Assembly (NCBI GenBank): GCA_965218695.1
Contig: OZ244651.1
Location: 1,504,001 to 1,568,000, forward strand
DNA: 64,000 nt
Origin: Nitrosopumilus sp.
Lineage (GTDB): Archaea; Thermoproteota; Nitrososphaeria; Nitrososphaerales; Nitrosopumilaceae
Reading direction: 5' to 3'
In this document: positions 30,877 through 41,194 of the stretch, one piece after another
Layout: each line of letters begins with the position of its first letter
Position numbering within the stretch: position 1 is the first letter of the stretch
Position numbers and translations under genes: made by a program
The notes under the pieces: model-generated
Told to the model about the DNA's origin: nothing
Databases searched by the model: none
The model's input: only the letters and a program-made list of their open reading frames with translations

Positions 30877-32352
30877 TAGAAACTATGCGTAATCCCTCCA
30901 TTTCGCTGAATTAAACCGGAAAATGTTAAAAATTCTGATTTAATTCCCGTCATGTCAAGCGTGTGCGAACCCGTCCTGCCCGAAATGCGAAATAACGTGC
31001 GCAGCCTTGCAGCACCGCGATGTGCACGGAATTAATTGTTTGAAACGGCGCTGCCGGGGACGTTTGCCTGTTCCCAGTTTATTACCGGCCCCAGATTGCC
31101 GCCTGAAGGGGGTCCCTTCTCCAGGTAGTTCCACACGAGGTCCAGGTTTACAAGCCCTGTTATTATGTTAAATTCCCTGTTAAAGTCGCCAATCTTTCCC
31201 TTGTATGGCGCGGTAAGCCGGCCGTACCGCTTCAGCCTGCCAATGGAGTGCTCTACCTTTACCCGGGCGGAATTGATTTTGTGGTTGTGTTCTTTTTCCT
31301 CCTTTGTAAAGCGCTTGTGGTTCTTGGTCTTCTTGTGCGGCTGCAGGGTGTTTGTACCGGGCATATCCTTTGCGATTCCCTTGTAACCGCGGTCAGTAAG
31401 GGTGTGGACCCTGTCCTCTTCGGGGGTGTTCTCGTCGCACATGCGGTCCCACCACTTTCCAAATGGCAGCGGGCTCTCCCTGAGAAGCGTGATGTCGTGG
31501 ACGGATCCCACGGTGCTGTCGGATATGGCGACTATCACCCCGTTTTCGTTTATGCACACGGTGGTATTGAGGGTGAACTTTTTCTTCTTGCCAGAATACA
31601 TCATGCTTCTCATCTGTTTTTCGTCCGGCCTCTGTATGGGGCAGTGCGTGCCGTCGATCATCATGATGCCCCCGTCAGGTCCGGAAATTATTTTTTTGAG
31701 ATCCTCTTTTGTCTCCGTGTCTGCCATCTCCTTTGAGATGTTGGCAGCAGTGGGCAGCGCCACGTCAAGCACCTCGTCTAGTACATCGATATACCGGGAC
31801 ACGGTTGCCTGGTCTATTCCAAAGAATGCCGCAAGCACGCCCTGCGTGGGGTTGCCCTTTTTGTACATCAGTGACATGAGCAGCGCGTGCCTTGGGTACA
31901 GCTTGCAGCGGTTCCCGGGATCCGATGCCCTCGTCTCGTCATTCCTGAAGAGTGGGGATTTGCCGCTTTGCCTTATCCACGCCTCGGCCCTGTCAAGTAT
32001 GTATTGGAACTGTTCCCTGCACTTCAGCGTCGCGTCATGAAGATTTTTCTCGACTCTGATGATGTCGTCAAGCACCTCCACGCGGTGCAACAGGGCGGGC
32101 TCTCCTGCGGCTCCGGATTCGGAACCGTCCCGTGTGCGCCACAGGCTTTGCTCGTGCCTGGCAGCTGCGTCCTGGCGCTTGATTATGTCTCTGAGAGCCT
32201 TATTCTCTTTTTGCAGGTCGCTTGTTTTCTGATTCGACAACAGTATGAACCGGCATATTTTGGTTTTAATTGGATGGATCATAAATTTTTGACAGCAGGG
32301 CTAACATGTCAACGCGGAGTTTGAAAAAAATCTGGATTACGCATATTTTCTA
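30877..32352 (-). mobile_element. IS5-family ISL2/DDE_Tnp_4-like element, copy 1
   Basis: TIR TAGAAA(C/A)TATGCGTAATCC, with the terminal TA likely the TSD; near-identical to 61371-62846. Confidence 0.9.
31032..32282 (-). CDS. DDE_Tnp_4-like transposase with HTH
   Basis: LAAFFGIDQATVSR HTH, IDGTHCPIQRP, YSGKKK, DRGYKG, RVKVEHSIGRLK. Confidence 0.9.
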   Translation of the reverse strand: MIHPIKTKICRFILLSNQKTSDLQKENKALRDIIKRQDAAARHEQSLWRTRDGSESGAAGEPALLHRVEVLDDIIRVEKNLHDATLKCREQFQYILDRAEAWIRQSGKSPLFRNDETRASDPGNRCKLYPRHALLMSLMYKKGNPTQGVLAAFFGIDQATVSRYIDVLDEVLDVALPTAANISKEMADTETKEDLKKIISGPDGGIMMIDGTHCPIQRPDEKQMRSMMYSGKKKKFTLNTTVCINENGVIVAISDSTVGSVHDITLLRESPLPFGKWWDRMCDENTPEEDRVHTLTDRGYKGIAKDMPGTNTLQPHKKTKNHKRFTKEEKEHNHKINSARVKVEHSIGRLKRYGRLTAPYKGKIGDFNREFNIITGLVNLDLVWNYLEKGPPSGGNLGPVINWEQANVPGSAVSNN

Positions 32353-32408
32353 TTATTCCAATTCCTGCATCCTGAGACACGCCTGCCGGCTTGTTCAGAA
32401 CCCCTGAC

Positions 32409-35060
32409 TTAATCACTGGATTTTTCTGACTGCTCTATTGCCGCCTGGGCCGCTGCCACTATGGCAATCGGGATTCTGTGCGGTGAGGCACTGACATAGC
32501 TGAGGCCCTGGCCGTGGCAGAACTTGACGGATCTTGGATCCCCTCCGTGCTCCCCGCATATTCCGACCTCCATGTCGGGCCTGGCGCTGCGTCCGTCGGC
32601 AACGCACAGCCTCATTAGCCTGCCGACACCGCTCTCATCGATGGACTGGAACGGGTTTCTCTCCAGGATCTCCTTGTCCATGTATTCCGGAAGGAACTTG
32701 CCCTCCACGTCCTCCCTGCTGAAGCTGAACGTGCCCTGGGTCAGATCGTTTGTGCCGAAACTAAAGAACTCTGCCGTACCTGCAAGTTCCTCTGCAGTGA
32801 GGGCCGCCCGAACCACCTCGATCATGGTTCCAAAGTTTATCGTCAGCTTGGTCTTGTATTTGGCCTCCATCTCGGCCTTGACTGAGTCGTAGATCCGCTT
32901 GATGTGGTTCAGTTCCGAGACGCTGCTTGTCTGCGGAATCATGATCTGGGGACGCGCCCTGACTTTTTTGCGCGCAAGTTCTGCTAGCGCCTCAAAGACT
33001 GCGCGAATCTGCATCTCGTAAATCTCAGGATACGTGACTCCGACCCTTACCCCCCTGTGCCCCATCATCGGGTTGACCTCTGCAAGCTCCCTTGCCCTTC
33101 TCAGAACGTCCTTTGCCCTGTCTATCTCCTTTGGTGATCTCATCCTTCGAATCTTCTCTGCAAGCTCTTCTGGGTTTGGAAGGAATTCGTGCAGCGGGGG
33201 ATCCAGCAGCCTGATCGTAACCTTGTATCCCTCCATGGCGCTTAGAATCTGGATAAAGTCGCTCTTTTGGAGGCGGCCAAGCTTCTTGAGCACCCTGCCC
33301 CTCTCCTTGGTATCCCTTGCCATGATCATATTCACAAACAGTCCTATCCTGTCGCTTGCGTTGAACATCCTCTCTGTCCTGCACAGCCCTATGCCCTGGC
33401 CTCCAAGCTCCCTTGCCAGCCTTGCGCCGTCAGGAGTGTCGGCGTTTGCCCTGACTCCGATCTTTTTTGCCTTCTGGGCCCATTTCAGAATCTGCCTAAA
33501 GTCTGCAGTAACCTCCGGTTCTATCATCTGTACCGAACCCGTGTACACCGCACCAGAGTTTCCGTCTATTGTAATGGTATCGCCCTCGCGTATGGTCTTG
33601 CCGTTTGCGCTGCACTGCCTGCCCTCGTAGTCTATCTTCAGGTCGGAGCATCCTACGATGCACGGCTTGCCCATTCCCCTTGCGACCACTGCGGCATGGG
33701 ACGTCTTGCCTCCCCTGCTGGTCAGTATCCCCACCGACTCGAAGAACGCAGGCACGTCCTCAGGCTTTGTCTCCTCCCTGATTAGGATCACCTTCTCCCC
33801 GCCCTCTCCCATGGCAACGGCCCTCGTTACATCAAACACTGCAACCCCGCTGGCGGCGCCGGGCGATGCTGCAATGCCTCCTACCATGCGTTCGTGCCTT
33901 TTGACATCTGCGGGGTCCATCCTCTTGTGCAGCATCTGCTCCAGCTGTTCTGCATGAATTCTGCTCAGGGCCCTGTTCTTGTCTATGAGCCTCTCCCTGA
34001 CCATGTCCACTGACGTCTTTACCATCGAGACTGCATTCATCTTTGCATTTCTAGTCTGCAGCAGATAGAACCTTCCCTGCTCTATCGTAAACTCTATGTC
34101 CTGGGGCTCCTTGTAGTGCCTTTCAAGCATCTGGCATGTCTTTGCAAGCTGTCTGTATGACTTTGGAAGATCACTCTTCATCTCGTCTACCTGCTTTCCT
34201 GTTCTCACTCCTGCAACCACGTCCTCGCCCTGGGCATTTATCAGGTATTCGCCGTAGATGTGACGGGTGCCGTTCTCCGGATTTCTTGTAAATACGACCC
34301 CCGTGGCGCTATCATTGCCCATGTTGCCAAACGCCATGGCCACCACGTTTACCGCAGTCCCGTCTGCAACATCCCGCGTGATGTTGTTCTTCTCCCTGTA
34401 TACGACTGCCCTGTGGCCCATCCAGCTGCCAAAGACTGCCTTGATTGCAAGCTCTATCTGTTCTGTGGGGTCTGCGGGAAACGCCCTGCCGGTATGGTTC
34501 TCACAGATGCCCTTGTACCGGTCTACTATCCCTTTTAATGACTTCTCGTTCAGACCACTGTCATCCTTTACGCCCTGCCTTCTCTTGGCAGCATCCAGCA
34601 CGTCATCAAACTTTTTGTCACCCACGCCAAACACCACCTTTCCAAACAGCTGGATGAACCTCCTGTACGAATCCCATGCAAACCTTGGATTGCCGCTCTT
34701 CTCTGCAAGCCCTGACACGGTCACATCATTGAGTCCCAGGTTCAGAATCGTATCCATCATGCCGGGCATGGATATTGCAGCACCGGATCGAACCGATACC
34801 AGCAGGGGGTTTGACTCGGAGTTCCATTCCTTTCCGGTTCTCTTTTCAATCTTTGCAATATTCCTCCTCACCTCCCCCATGAGCGTCTTTGGAAGGCTCA
34901 TCTTGTTTTCATAGTATTTTTTACAGACCTGGGTGGTTATTGTAAATCCGGGCGGGACAGGCAGATTCAGCTTTGTCATCTCGCACAGGCCTGCGCCCTT
35001 TCCGCCAAGAATCTTCTTGTCCTTTCCGTCTCCCTCGTCGTAAAAGTAAATCTGTTTCAT
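32409..35060 (-). CDS. ppdK: Pyruvate, phosphate dikinase
   Basis: LGGKGAGL.EM, SVRSGAAISMPGMMDTILNLGL, GGKTSHAAVVAR, FFSFGTNDLTQ, GICGEHGG. Confidence 0.97.
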   Translation of the reverse strand: MKQIYFYDEGDGKDKKILGGKGAGLCEMTKLNLPVPPGFTITTQVCKKYYENKMSLPKTLMGEVRRNIAKIEKRTGKEWNSESNPLLVSVRSGAAISMPGMMDTILNLGLNDVTVSGLAEKSGNPRFAWDSYRRFIQLFGKVVFGVGDKKFDDVLDAAKRRQGVKDDSGLNEKSLKGIVDRYKGICENHTGRAFPADPTEQIELAIKAVFGSWMGHRAVVYREKNNITRDVADGTAVNVVAMAFGNMGNDSATGVVFTRNPENGTRHIYGEYLINAQGEDVVAGVRTGKQVDEMKSDLPKSYRQLAKTCQMLERHYKEPQDIEFTIEQGRFYLLQTRNAKMNAVSMVKTSVDMVRERLIDKNRALSRIHAEQLEQMLHKRMDPADVKRHERMVGGIAASPGAASGVAVFDVTRAVAMGEGGEKVILIREETKPEDVPAFFESVGILTSRGGKTSHAAVVARGMGKPCIVGCSDLKIDYEGRQCSANGKTIREGDTITIDGNSGAVYTGSVQMIEPEVTADFRQILKWAQKAKKIGVRANADTPDGARLARELGGQGIGLCRTERMFNASDRIGLFVNMIMARDTKERGRVLKKLGRLQKSDFIQILSAMEGYKVTIRLLDPPLHEFLPNPEELAEKIRRMRSPKEIDRAKDVLRRARELAEVNPMMGHRGVRVGVTYPEIYEMQIRAVFEALAELARKKVRARPQIMIPQTSSVSELNHIKRIYDSVKAEMEAKYKTKLTINFGTMIEVVRAALTAEELAGTAEFFSFGTNDLTQGTFSFSREDVEGKFLPEYMDKEILERNPFQSIDESGVGRLMRLCVADGRSARPDMEVGICGEHGGDPRSVKFCHGQGLSYVSASPHRIPIAIVAAAQAAIEQSEKSSD

Positions 35061-35636
35061 TTTTAACTATATGGCTGCTGCAAGGGGGTATTAAACCATT
35101 AATCTGTACATACAGATGACCCCGATGTGAACTCATTCTGGTAAACTCTCAATACAAGCAAAACCATGGAGCCTCTTGCTAAGCATCATATCGCCTGAAT
35201 CACCGCTTGATTCTGTCGCGCCGTAATCATACTTGGGTTATCTGGTACGTGTATCTGACGTATCCGGACATGCCTCCCAACCCCGCAGGTATCTGTCCAC
35301 CCTCGTCTGCAATACGGGCAGGAATGACATTATCTGACTCCCTTACAAAACGGGCTGACACCCATGCACAATACAGATATTTACTTGATACCTCCTTATG
35401 CAAACTGAATATGCTAACTGTCAGTTGCTACAGTGGAATGGAGCGGTACAATGAGTACTGAATTTGAAAAACGCCTTACGGTGCGTACCACGCTGGAGCC
35501 CATGCACCGGGTGGTGGATCTTGATGGAAACATAATCAGCTGCAATGACAAATACGCACGCATGCTGGGATACATCCGGGATGAGGTTGTGGGCATGTCC
35601 ATATTTGATCACACCCCCAAGGAGCACCGCGGCGTC

Positions 35637-37310
35637 GTACGGACTCAGGTCCCCAAACTACACAAACTGGGCATGTGGTCTGACTGTGCAGGTACTCAAC
35701 ACTATGCGGCCGTTACCGGAATGGCGATCTGCTGATCCGGCGGCTTGAATATGCTCCAATCCGGGTCCATGATCAAATTTGCCAGTGCGACGTGCGGAAA
35801 CATATCATGCTTGTGGCACGTGCGCGCCACCGATATGAGTACCGAAAAGACCTTCCTCCCCTCCGGGGTGGACAGCTGGTGGCGCACGTTCCTGTGCAGC
35901 ACGGCCGTGTCGCGTATCTCCCGCTCGGCTGCGTTGTTATGCGGCGGCATGCCCGGGTGGCGGAGAAACGTAAAGAGGTGCGGGGCTGCGGCCTCGAGCG
36001 TTCCCCTGAACTTGGACTCGCCGTACGAGGCTGTAATCTCGAGCAGTGTCTTTTCGAGTGCCAGGCACTTGCCGCAACCTGCCGACTCCTTGTCCTTGAC
36101 AGAACGGTACAGTGCAAGCAGCCTGCGATAACATGACTTGTAGATGCCGCCGTGCCTGCATGCCAGTCTCTCGGCCTTGCGCAGTATGTGTATCCAGCAC
36201 CTTTGCTTGACGGGAAACGCGCCGTACACGCCGTACCCGTCTATCACCACGGGAACGCCGTACGGCCTGCCAAAATGCACGTCCAGCACTGCTGCGGCCC
36301 TGCTGGGGGCGGCCACCAGGTACGTGGCGTCCTTGGTCGTGACCAACCACACGTACCCCTTTTTGCCGTTCATCTTGAAGGGGGACTCGTCAAACTGCGC
36401 AAACGGGGCGACCAGCACGTGGTCCAGAATCTCCGAGTAAGTGCCATCCAGCAGGGATCTTATCTCCCTGCGGGCGTTCCATATGGCGTTTGCAGATATG
36501 CAAAACCCGTAAAGGGCCTCAAAATAATACGCGATGGTGTCATCAGTGCTCCTCTTGTAGTAATACTCGTACACGAACCCCAGCGCCTTGGGGCCAAGCG
36601 ACGTGCCGCGCAGCGTGGGCATGCCTGCCGTGCCGACCTGGCCGCACGCGCGGCACGCGGCCCTGTCAATCACGTACGCCACGCACACCACCCTCATGGT
36701 GCCGTCGTCTGCAAAATCATAGACCATCTTTATCTCCGGCGACAGGTGGTCTATTTTCCTGGAGCCGCATTTTCTGCACCTGCGCATCTTCAACTCGACA
36801 GTCTTTTCTGCCTTGTTCTGGTGGGACGCGCCTGCGTGTCCCATGGGTGGTCCACGGCGGGACGCGTTTTCTTTCAGGTCCCCCCTGGGTTCGTCCGGGT
36901 CTTGCGCTGCATCTGCCTGCTCCCCATCCAGCTTGGCCTTCTCTGCCTCGTCCTCCTTGGCCATATCTTTTCGGAATGCGGCGCGTTCTGCGTTGTACAG
37001 CGAGTCCTTGGACGGCGGGACGTGCGGGTTTTCATAATATGCCAGCCTTCTGTCGCGATCCGCAAGCGCCAGACTCAGGCGGTCAATTTCAATATCGCGG
37101 CGTGCCAGCTTGTCAGTAAGATCCTTTACCACCTTGTCCGTCTTTTCCAGACGATTCTTGAATTCCTTAGTAACCTTTACCAGCTCCTCTCGCAGGAGAG
37201 CAGTCTCTGACTTTTTCACGAGGATTAGACAAACATCGGGATCAATAAGATAGCATGGTCTAATTCAATGCACAAGAAGGGAAAATCTAGGCACGGACCT
37301 GAGTGCGTAC
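35637..37310 (-). mobile_element. IS66-family single-ORF (ISBst12-like) element
   Basis: TIR GTACG(G/C)ACTCAGGTCC; 8-bp TSD GCGGCGTC (35629-35636, 37311-37318). Confidence 0.92.
35702..37219 (-). CDS. IS66-like transposase
   Basis: Coiled coil, PPSKD, Cys-rich Zn ribbon, FDES, DGY, QRCWIHILR, NNAAEREIR. Confidence 0.9.
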   Translation of the reverse strand: MKKSETALLREELVKVTKEFKNRLEKTDKVVKDLTDKLARRDIEIDRLSLALADRDRRLAYYENPHVPPSKDSLYNAERAAFRKDMAKEDEAEKAKLDGEQADAAQDPDEPRGDLKENASRRGPPMGHAGASHQNKAEKTVELKMRRCRKCGSRKIDHLSPEIKMVYDFADDGTMRVVCVAYVIDRAACRACGQVGTAGMPTLRGTSLGPKALGFVYEYYYKRSTDDTIAYYFEALYGFCISANAIWNARREIRSLLDGTYSEILDHVLVAPFAQFDESPFKMNGKKGYVWLVTTKDATYLVAAPSRAAAVLDVHFGRPYGVPVVIDGYGVYGAFPVKQRCWIHILRKAERLACRHGGIYKSCYRRLLALYRSVKDKESAGCGKCLALEKTLLEITASYGESKFRGTLEAAAPHLFTFLRHPGMPPHNNAAEREIRDTAVLHRNVRHQLSTPEGRKVFSVLISVARTCHKHDMFPHVALANLIMDPDWSIFKPPDQQIAIPVTAA

Positions 37311-37318
37311 GCGGCGTC

Positions 37319-37410
37319 GTACATACTCAGGTCCCGGTATTGTCTAGGCGTAAACATGTACTGTTTTACGTATATTCACGCCTGAGTTTGAGGGGGACCT
37401 GAGTATGTAC
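37319..37410. mobile_element. 92-bp MITE with IS66-type ends
   Basis: Perfect 17-bp TIR GTACATACTCAGGTCCC; flanked by GCGGCGTC on both sides. Confidence 0.9.
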
Positions 37411-37422
37411 GCGGCGTCATCC

Positions 37423-38635
37423 GGGTGTGTCCTAGTAATAAAAAATGCCATCCCATGTACCAGAATGCCAAAGACATGATTGGTGCCAGAACCCGTCGAC
37501 GCCAACAGTGCCGCACCGTCAATCTTTCACAACCCATAAAATCCCCCAAATCCAAGACACTGTGCGGAGGCTCCGCTAGGAGGCGCGTGTCAAGACGCGC
37601 CGGTTATGCTGCAAGTGTCGCGATTTGATCCTGTGTGAGCCTGCCGTCTTTTGCCTGCAATCTGGCCACGAGCTCGATGTTGTAGCACATGACACGGATC
37701 GCAGTCTCCCTTGTCCGGTTCTCGTGTTTTCGGCACCTGGTGCTGTCCCCGTACATCTTCTTGAGGGCGGCAAAGACTGCCTCGATGATGCTGCGCTGGT
37801 GGTATTCCGAGTCAAACCTGTCCCGTTCATCCATGTACAGGCTTACCATCTCGCGCCACGACTGGCTTCCCCTGGCGTTGCGTATGGTGTTGGATTTTGG
37901 CTTGATGCGGGGCACCATTCCCATCGCAGATATCATGTTGCACATGAGCCTTGCCAGGTATGCAGAATCCAGGCAAAAGTCGCCGGTGCCCCGGCCTAAC
38001 CTGCCGAGCATCGCGTACAGCCCGTTTATGTCTGCCACTGCGCTGTCAGTCACCATGCAGTCGATTATCACCCTGGTGCGGATATCCACGATTGCGTGCA
38101 GTTTGACCCATCCCTTTCTGGTACGAAAACTGTCGGTCCTGACGTCAAACCACCTGACAAACCGCAGGTACGAGTATCCGGTACCGTCTGCTGCCAGGGA
38201 GCCTGCCTCCACCTCCCTGATGGCAATCCGGTGTGCCTCTGCCAGGTACCATTCCGGGATCAGGCCGTAGGCGCGTGCTATCGTGCTCTTGGAGGGAATT
38301 TTCTCTAGGCCCATCTTGGCTGCCATGGCGCTATTGTTTCGGAGGATGCCGACCATCTTACGGTAGGTCGTGCGCTGTGCCTCAAGCATGATGCAGACAG
38401 CTGCCATGGCGCCAGGCGGGTATGCCGTCATGCCGCCCAGGCCGGGCCTGACGGCGTACGGATCCCCAAGATTCTTGATTATTCCCAGCACGGTATTCAG
38501 CATGAGGCCCGACAGGTACTGCTGAACCAAATCGTACTGTCGTTGGTCGCGTTTCTTTGTAGTCATTAGGCGATGCCGTGATCCGCCGATCCATATCTTT
38601 TGTCATCCGGGGGTATATGCCTCTAGGACACACCC
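37423..38635 (-). mobile_element. IS5-family element, copy 1 (1213 bp)
   Basis: TIR GGGTGTGTCCTAG; 9-bp TSD GCGTCATCC; near-identical to 49097-50309. Confidence 0.92.
37604..38566 (-). CDS. IS5-like DDE transposase
   Basis: AADGTG, WVKLH, LDSAY, YHQRSIIEAVF. Confidence 0.88.
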   Translation of the reverse strand: MTTKKRDQRQYDLVQQYLSGLMLNTVLGIIKNLGDPYAVRPGLGGMTAYPPGAMAAVCIMLEAQRTTYRKMVGILRNNSAMAAKMGLEKIPSKSTIARAYGLIPEWYLAEAHRIAIREVEAGSLAADGTGYSYLRFVRWFDVRTDSFRTRKGWVKLHAIVDIRTRVIIDCMVTDSAVADINGLYAMLGRLGRGTGDFCLDSAYLARLMCNMISAMGMVPRIKPKSNTIRNARGSQSWREMVSLYMDERDRFDSEYHQRSIIEAVFAALKKMYGDSTRCRKHENRTRETAIRVMCYNIELVARLQAKDGRLTQDQIATLAA

Positions 38636-39926
38636 GCGTCATCCGAAACATATTTGAGAGCTGGAAGAAACGCATACCTATCCACAACCGCAAGTTTCCA
38701 CTCCTTACAAAGGACGGCAAGGTATTTGAAGTGCTGATCACCGTGGAGGACGTGATTGGGGCCGACGGCAATCTGGTGCGGAGCCGCACGACCCTGCTGG
38801 ACTATGCAGAAGTCAGACAGTTTCAAGAGCTGGTGAAGCTGAGCAAGTACGAGAGCCTCTATGAGAACTCCCCTGACATGTACCGGACCGTCAACGTCGA
38901 TGGGATAATAGTCGACTGCAACCGGGCCTACGGGGAGAAGCTCGGCTACATAAAGCCCGAGATCATTGGCAGGAACCTGACAGACCACACCGCCGACAGA
39001 TCCGTCTCGGCAATGCTGATAAACATGGCACGGTGGCGCGTCACCGGGATATGCACGCCCGTCGAGTCGTGGATGAAAAAGAAGGACCACACGGAATTTC
39101 CCGCCCTGATATCCCCCACGAATCTGTTTGATGAGGACGGCGCCCTGCTGGGCAGGAACGTCGTCATACAGGATCTTACCAAAATGAAGGAGACGGCAGA
39201 CATGCTTGATCAGCGCAGGCAGATAGACAAGATGAAAGACGAGTTTCTCACCGGCATAACGCACGAGCTCAAGACCCCGCTCACGCCAATAATCGGATTC
39301 TCGCAGGCGCTTGCCAAGCCCGGAATGCTGGGGGATCTGAACGAAAAGCAGACCAAGGCGATCAAAACCGTCCTCAACAACGCAGTCCACCTCCGCCATC
39401 TGGTCACGGATCTGCTGAGCATACACAAGCTGGAGCTGGGCAGGATGAAGTTTGACTTTAAGGAGTTTGACATAGGGGAGATGATGGAGAGCATCAAGAC
39501 AGCCATGGCCTACACTGCAGACGAAAAGCAGATCCATCTGATCGTGCGGATGTTGGAGAAGGGACGAGTGGTGGGAGACAGATCCCGGATAGAGGAGATC
39601 ATAAACAATCTGATATACAACGCAATCGACTTTACGCCAGCCGGTACCGGCCGGATAACTGTGACTGTCAAGCGGGATGGCAAGTTCCTCTGGTTTGGCG
39701 TCGAAGACAACGGCATGGGCATCCCCCAGGAAAAGCAGGCAAAACTGTTCACCAAGTTCTACCAGGTGGATTCGACTGCAACCCGCCGGCACGGCGGCAC
39801 GGGGCTGGGACTGTTCATCTGCAAGGGGATAGTCGAGTACATGGGTGGCTCCATAGGGGTGAAAAGCACCGAGGGCAAGGGAAGCACTTTTTACTTTACC
39901 ATTCTATCTGGGAGCCATGGTGAGAA

Positions 39927-40298
39927 ATGAAGATACTTGGAGTGGATGACAACCCCGACATCGTGCAGCTGCTGGAGATGACCATCGAGTCCATGGGGCA
40001 CGAGTTTGACTCTGCATTGGGCGGACGTGAGGGCCTTGAAAAGATCCGCAATGAAAAGTTTGATCTCGTGTTTCTGGACCTTTCGATGCCTGACTTTATG
40101 GGGCTGGACGTGATAAATTCCCTGATCGAGGACGGTACAGTGAACAAGTGCAACATCGTGCTGTTTACCGCCTCTTACCTTGGACTGGGGGAAATGGAAA
40201 AGGACCTGCAAAAGAAAGGCGTCCATTCGATCCTGACAAAGCCGGCCGATATAGACCAGATTATGGACAAGGTAAATGAGATAAAGGCAATGCTGTAA
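39927..40298 (+). CDS. Single-domain response regulator (receiver)
   Basis: ILGVDD, VFLDLSMPD, FTA, LTKP; ATGA overlap with the kinase stop. Confidence 0.93.
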   Translation: MKILGVDDNPDIVQLLEMTIESMGHEFDSALGGREGLEKIRNEKFDLVFLDLSMPDFMGLDVINSLIEDGTVNKCNIVLFTASYLGLGEMEKDLQKKGVHSILTKPADIDQIMDKVNEIKAML

Positions 40299-40328
40299 CT
40301 ACAATCTGGTGCGACAACGTTCTAGCCG

Positions 40329-40363
<35 letters not shown>

Positions 40364-40449
40364 CGTAATGCCATGAGGCACGCCCGCCACCGGTCGTGTA
40401 TCCAATAGTTTCGCACGAGCCATTCACGCTTGGGCCTTGGGAATCTGGA

Positions 40450-41110
40450 TCATTTCAGTATCTCGTTTTCCCTGCCCACGCAGGCATCAAGTTTTGCAGT
40501 AATGTTGGCAATCTCCTCTTTGATCGCATCGTACCTGGGAAATCCCTTCCCGACCCCCGACTCTGGACTCGTCGTCTCTATCGTGTCGATGAACCTTCGT
40601 ATCTGTTCGGTAAGCACGGGATCCAGTATGTGCACGGCCAAGCTCAGCGTGTCGTTGGAGTGGTTTGCCAGGTTGATCATAAACTCCTTCTTGTCGCGGA
40701 TGGTGAGGGGAACATCCTCGTAGATCTTTGCATCCACCAGAGCGCGGTTCATCAGTCCGGCGATCATCAGAATCCCGCTAAAGTAGTTCCTCAGGGACTG
40801 GGTCACATAAGACCAACTGCCTTCTTTTTGACTCCTCTTCGTGCTTGAGGACCTTTTGAACAAACATGATTGCATCGGCTAGCCTGGCAGTAGTGCGCTT
40901 TTGCAGGTAGAATATCATCATTGCAATGATGAGTGCCAGTGTCAAGTCCCCTATGATGAATGACACCCATCCTGACGGGCTGCAGTCTGGATCAAAGCGT
41001 GTCAAGGAACATGGATCGATATTCTCATCTTGGGAGTATGCAGGCGTGGCGGGGATTAGGGTGGCGACTGCTAGCAGTGCAAAGCACGCAAACGCGATCG
41101 TTCCATTCAT
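40450..41110 (-). pseudogene. Membrane protein gene with a frameshift near 40810
   Basis: Signal peptide plus TM ORF 40778-41110 continues in another frame (40450-40875); deleting one T in GTC-T-TAT joins RRQLV-YVTQSLRN. Confidence 0.6.
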
Positions 41111-41194
41111 GGTGTATTGATCGGCCGTGTTGTTTTATATTTTATCAGGATTCCATGGCATGCGTTCCGGTTCATCCGGATCCTGCCAGAGGGC

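Larger units (their letters stand above)
35451..39930 (+). pseudogene. PAS-PAS sensor histidine kinase split by three insertions (5' part 35451-35636; 3' part 38636-39930)
   Basis: Removing the elements restores ...DHTPKEHRGV-IRNIFESW... in frame; H-box THELKTPL, N-box NNLIYNAIDF, G boxes DNGMGI and GGTGLGL. Confidence 0.9.
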
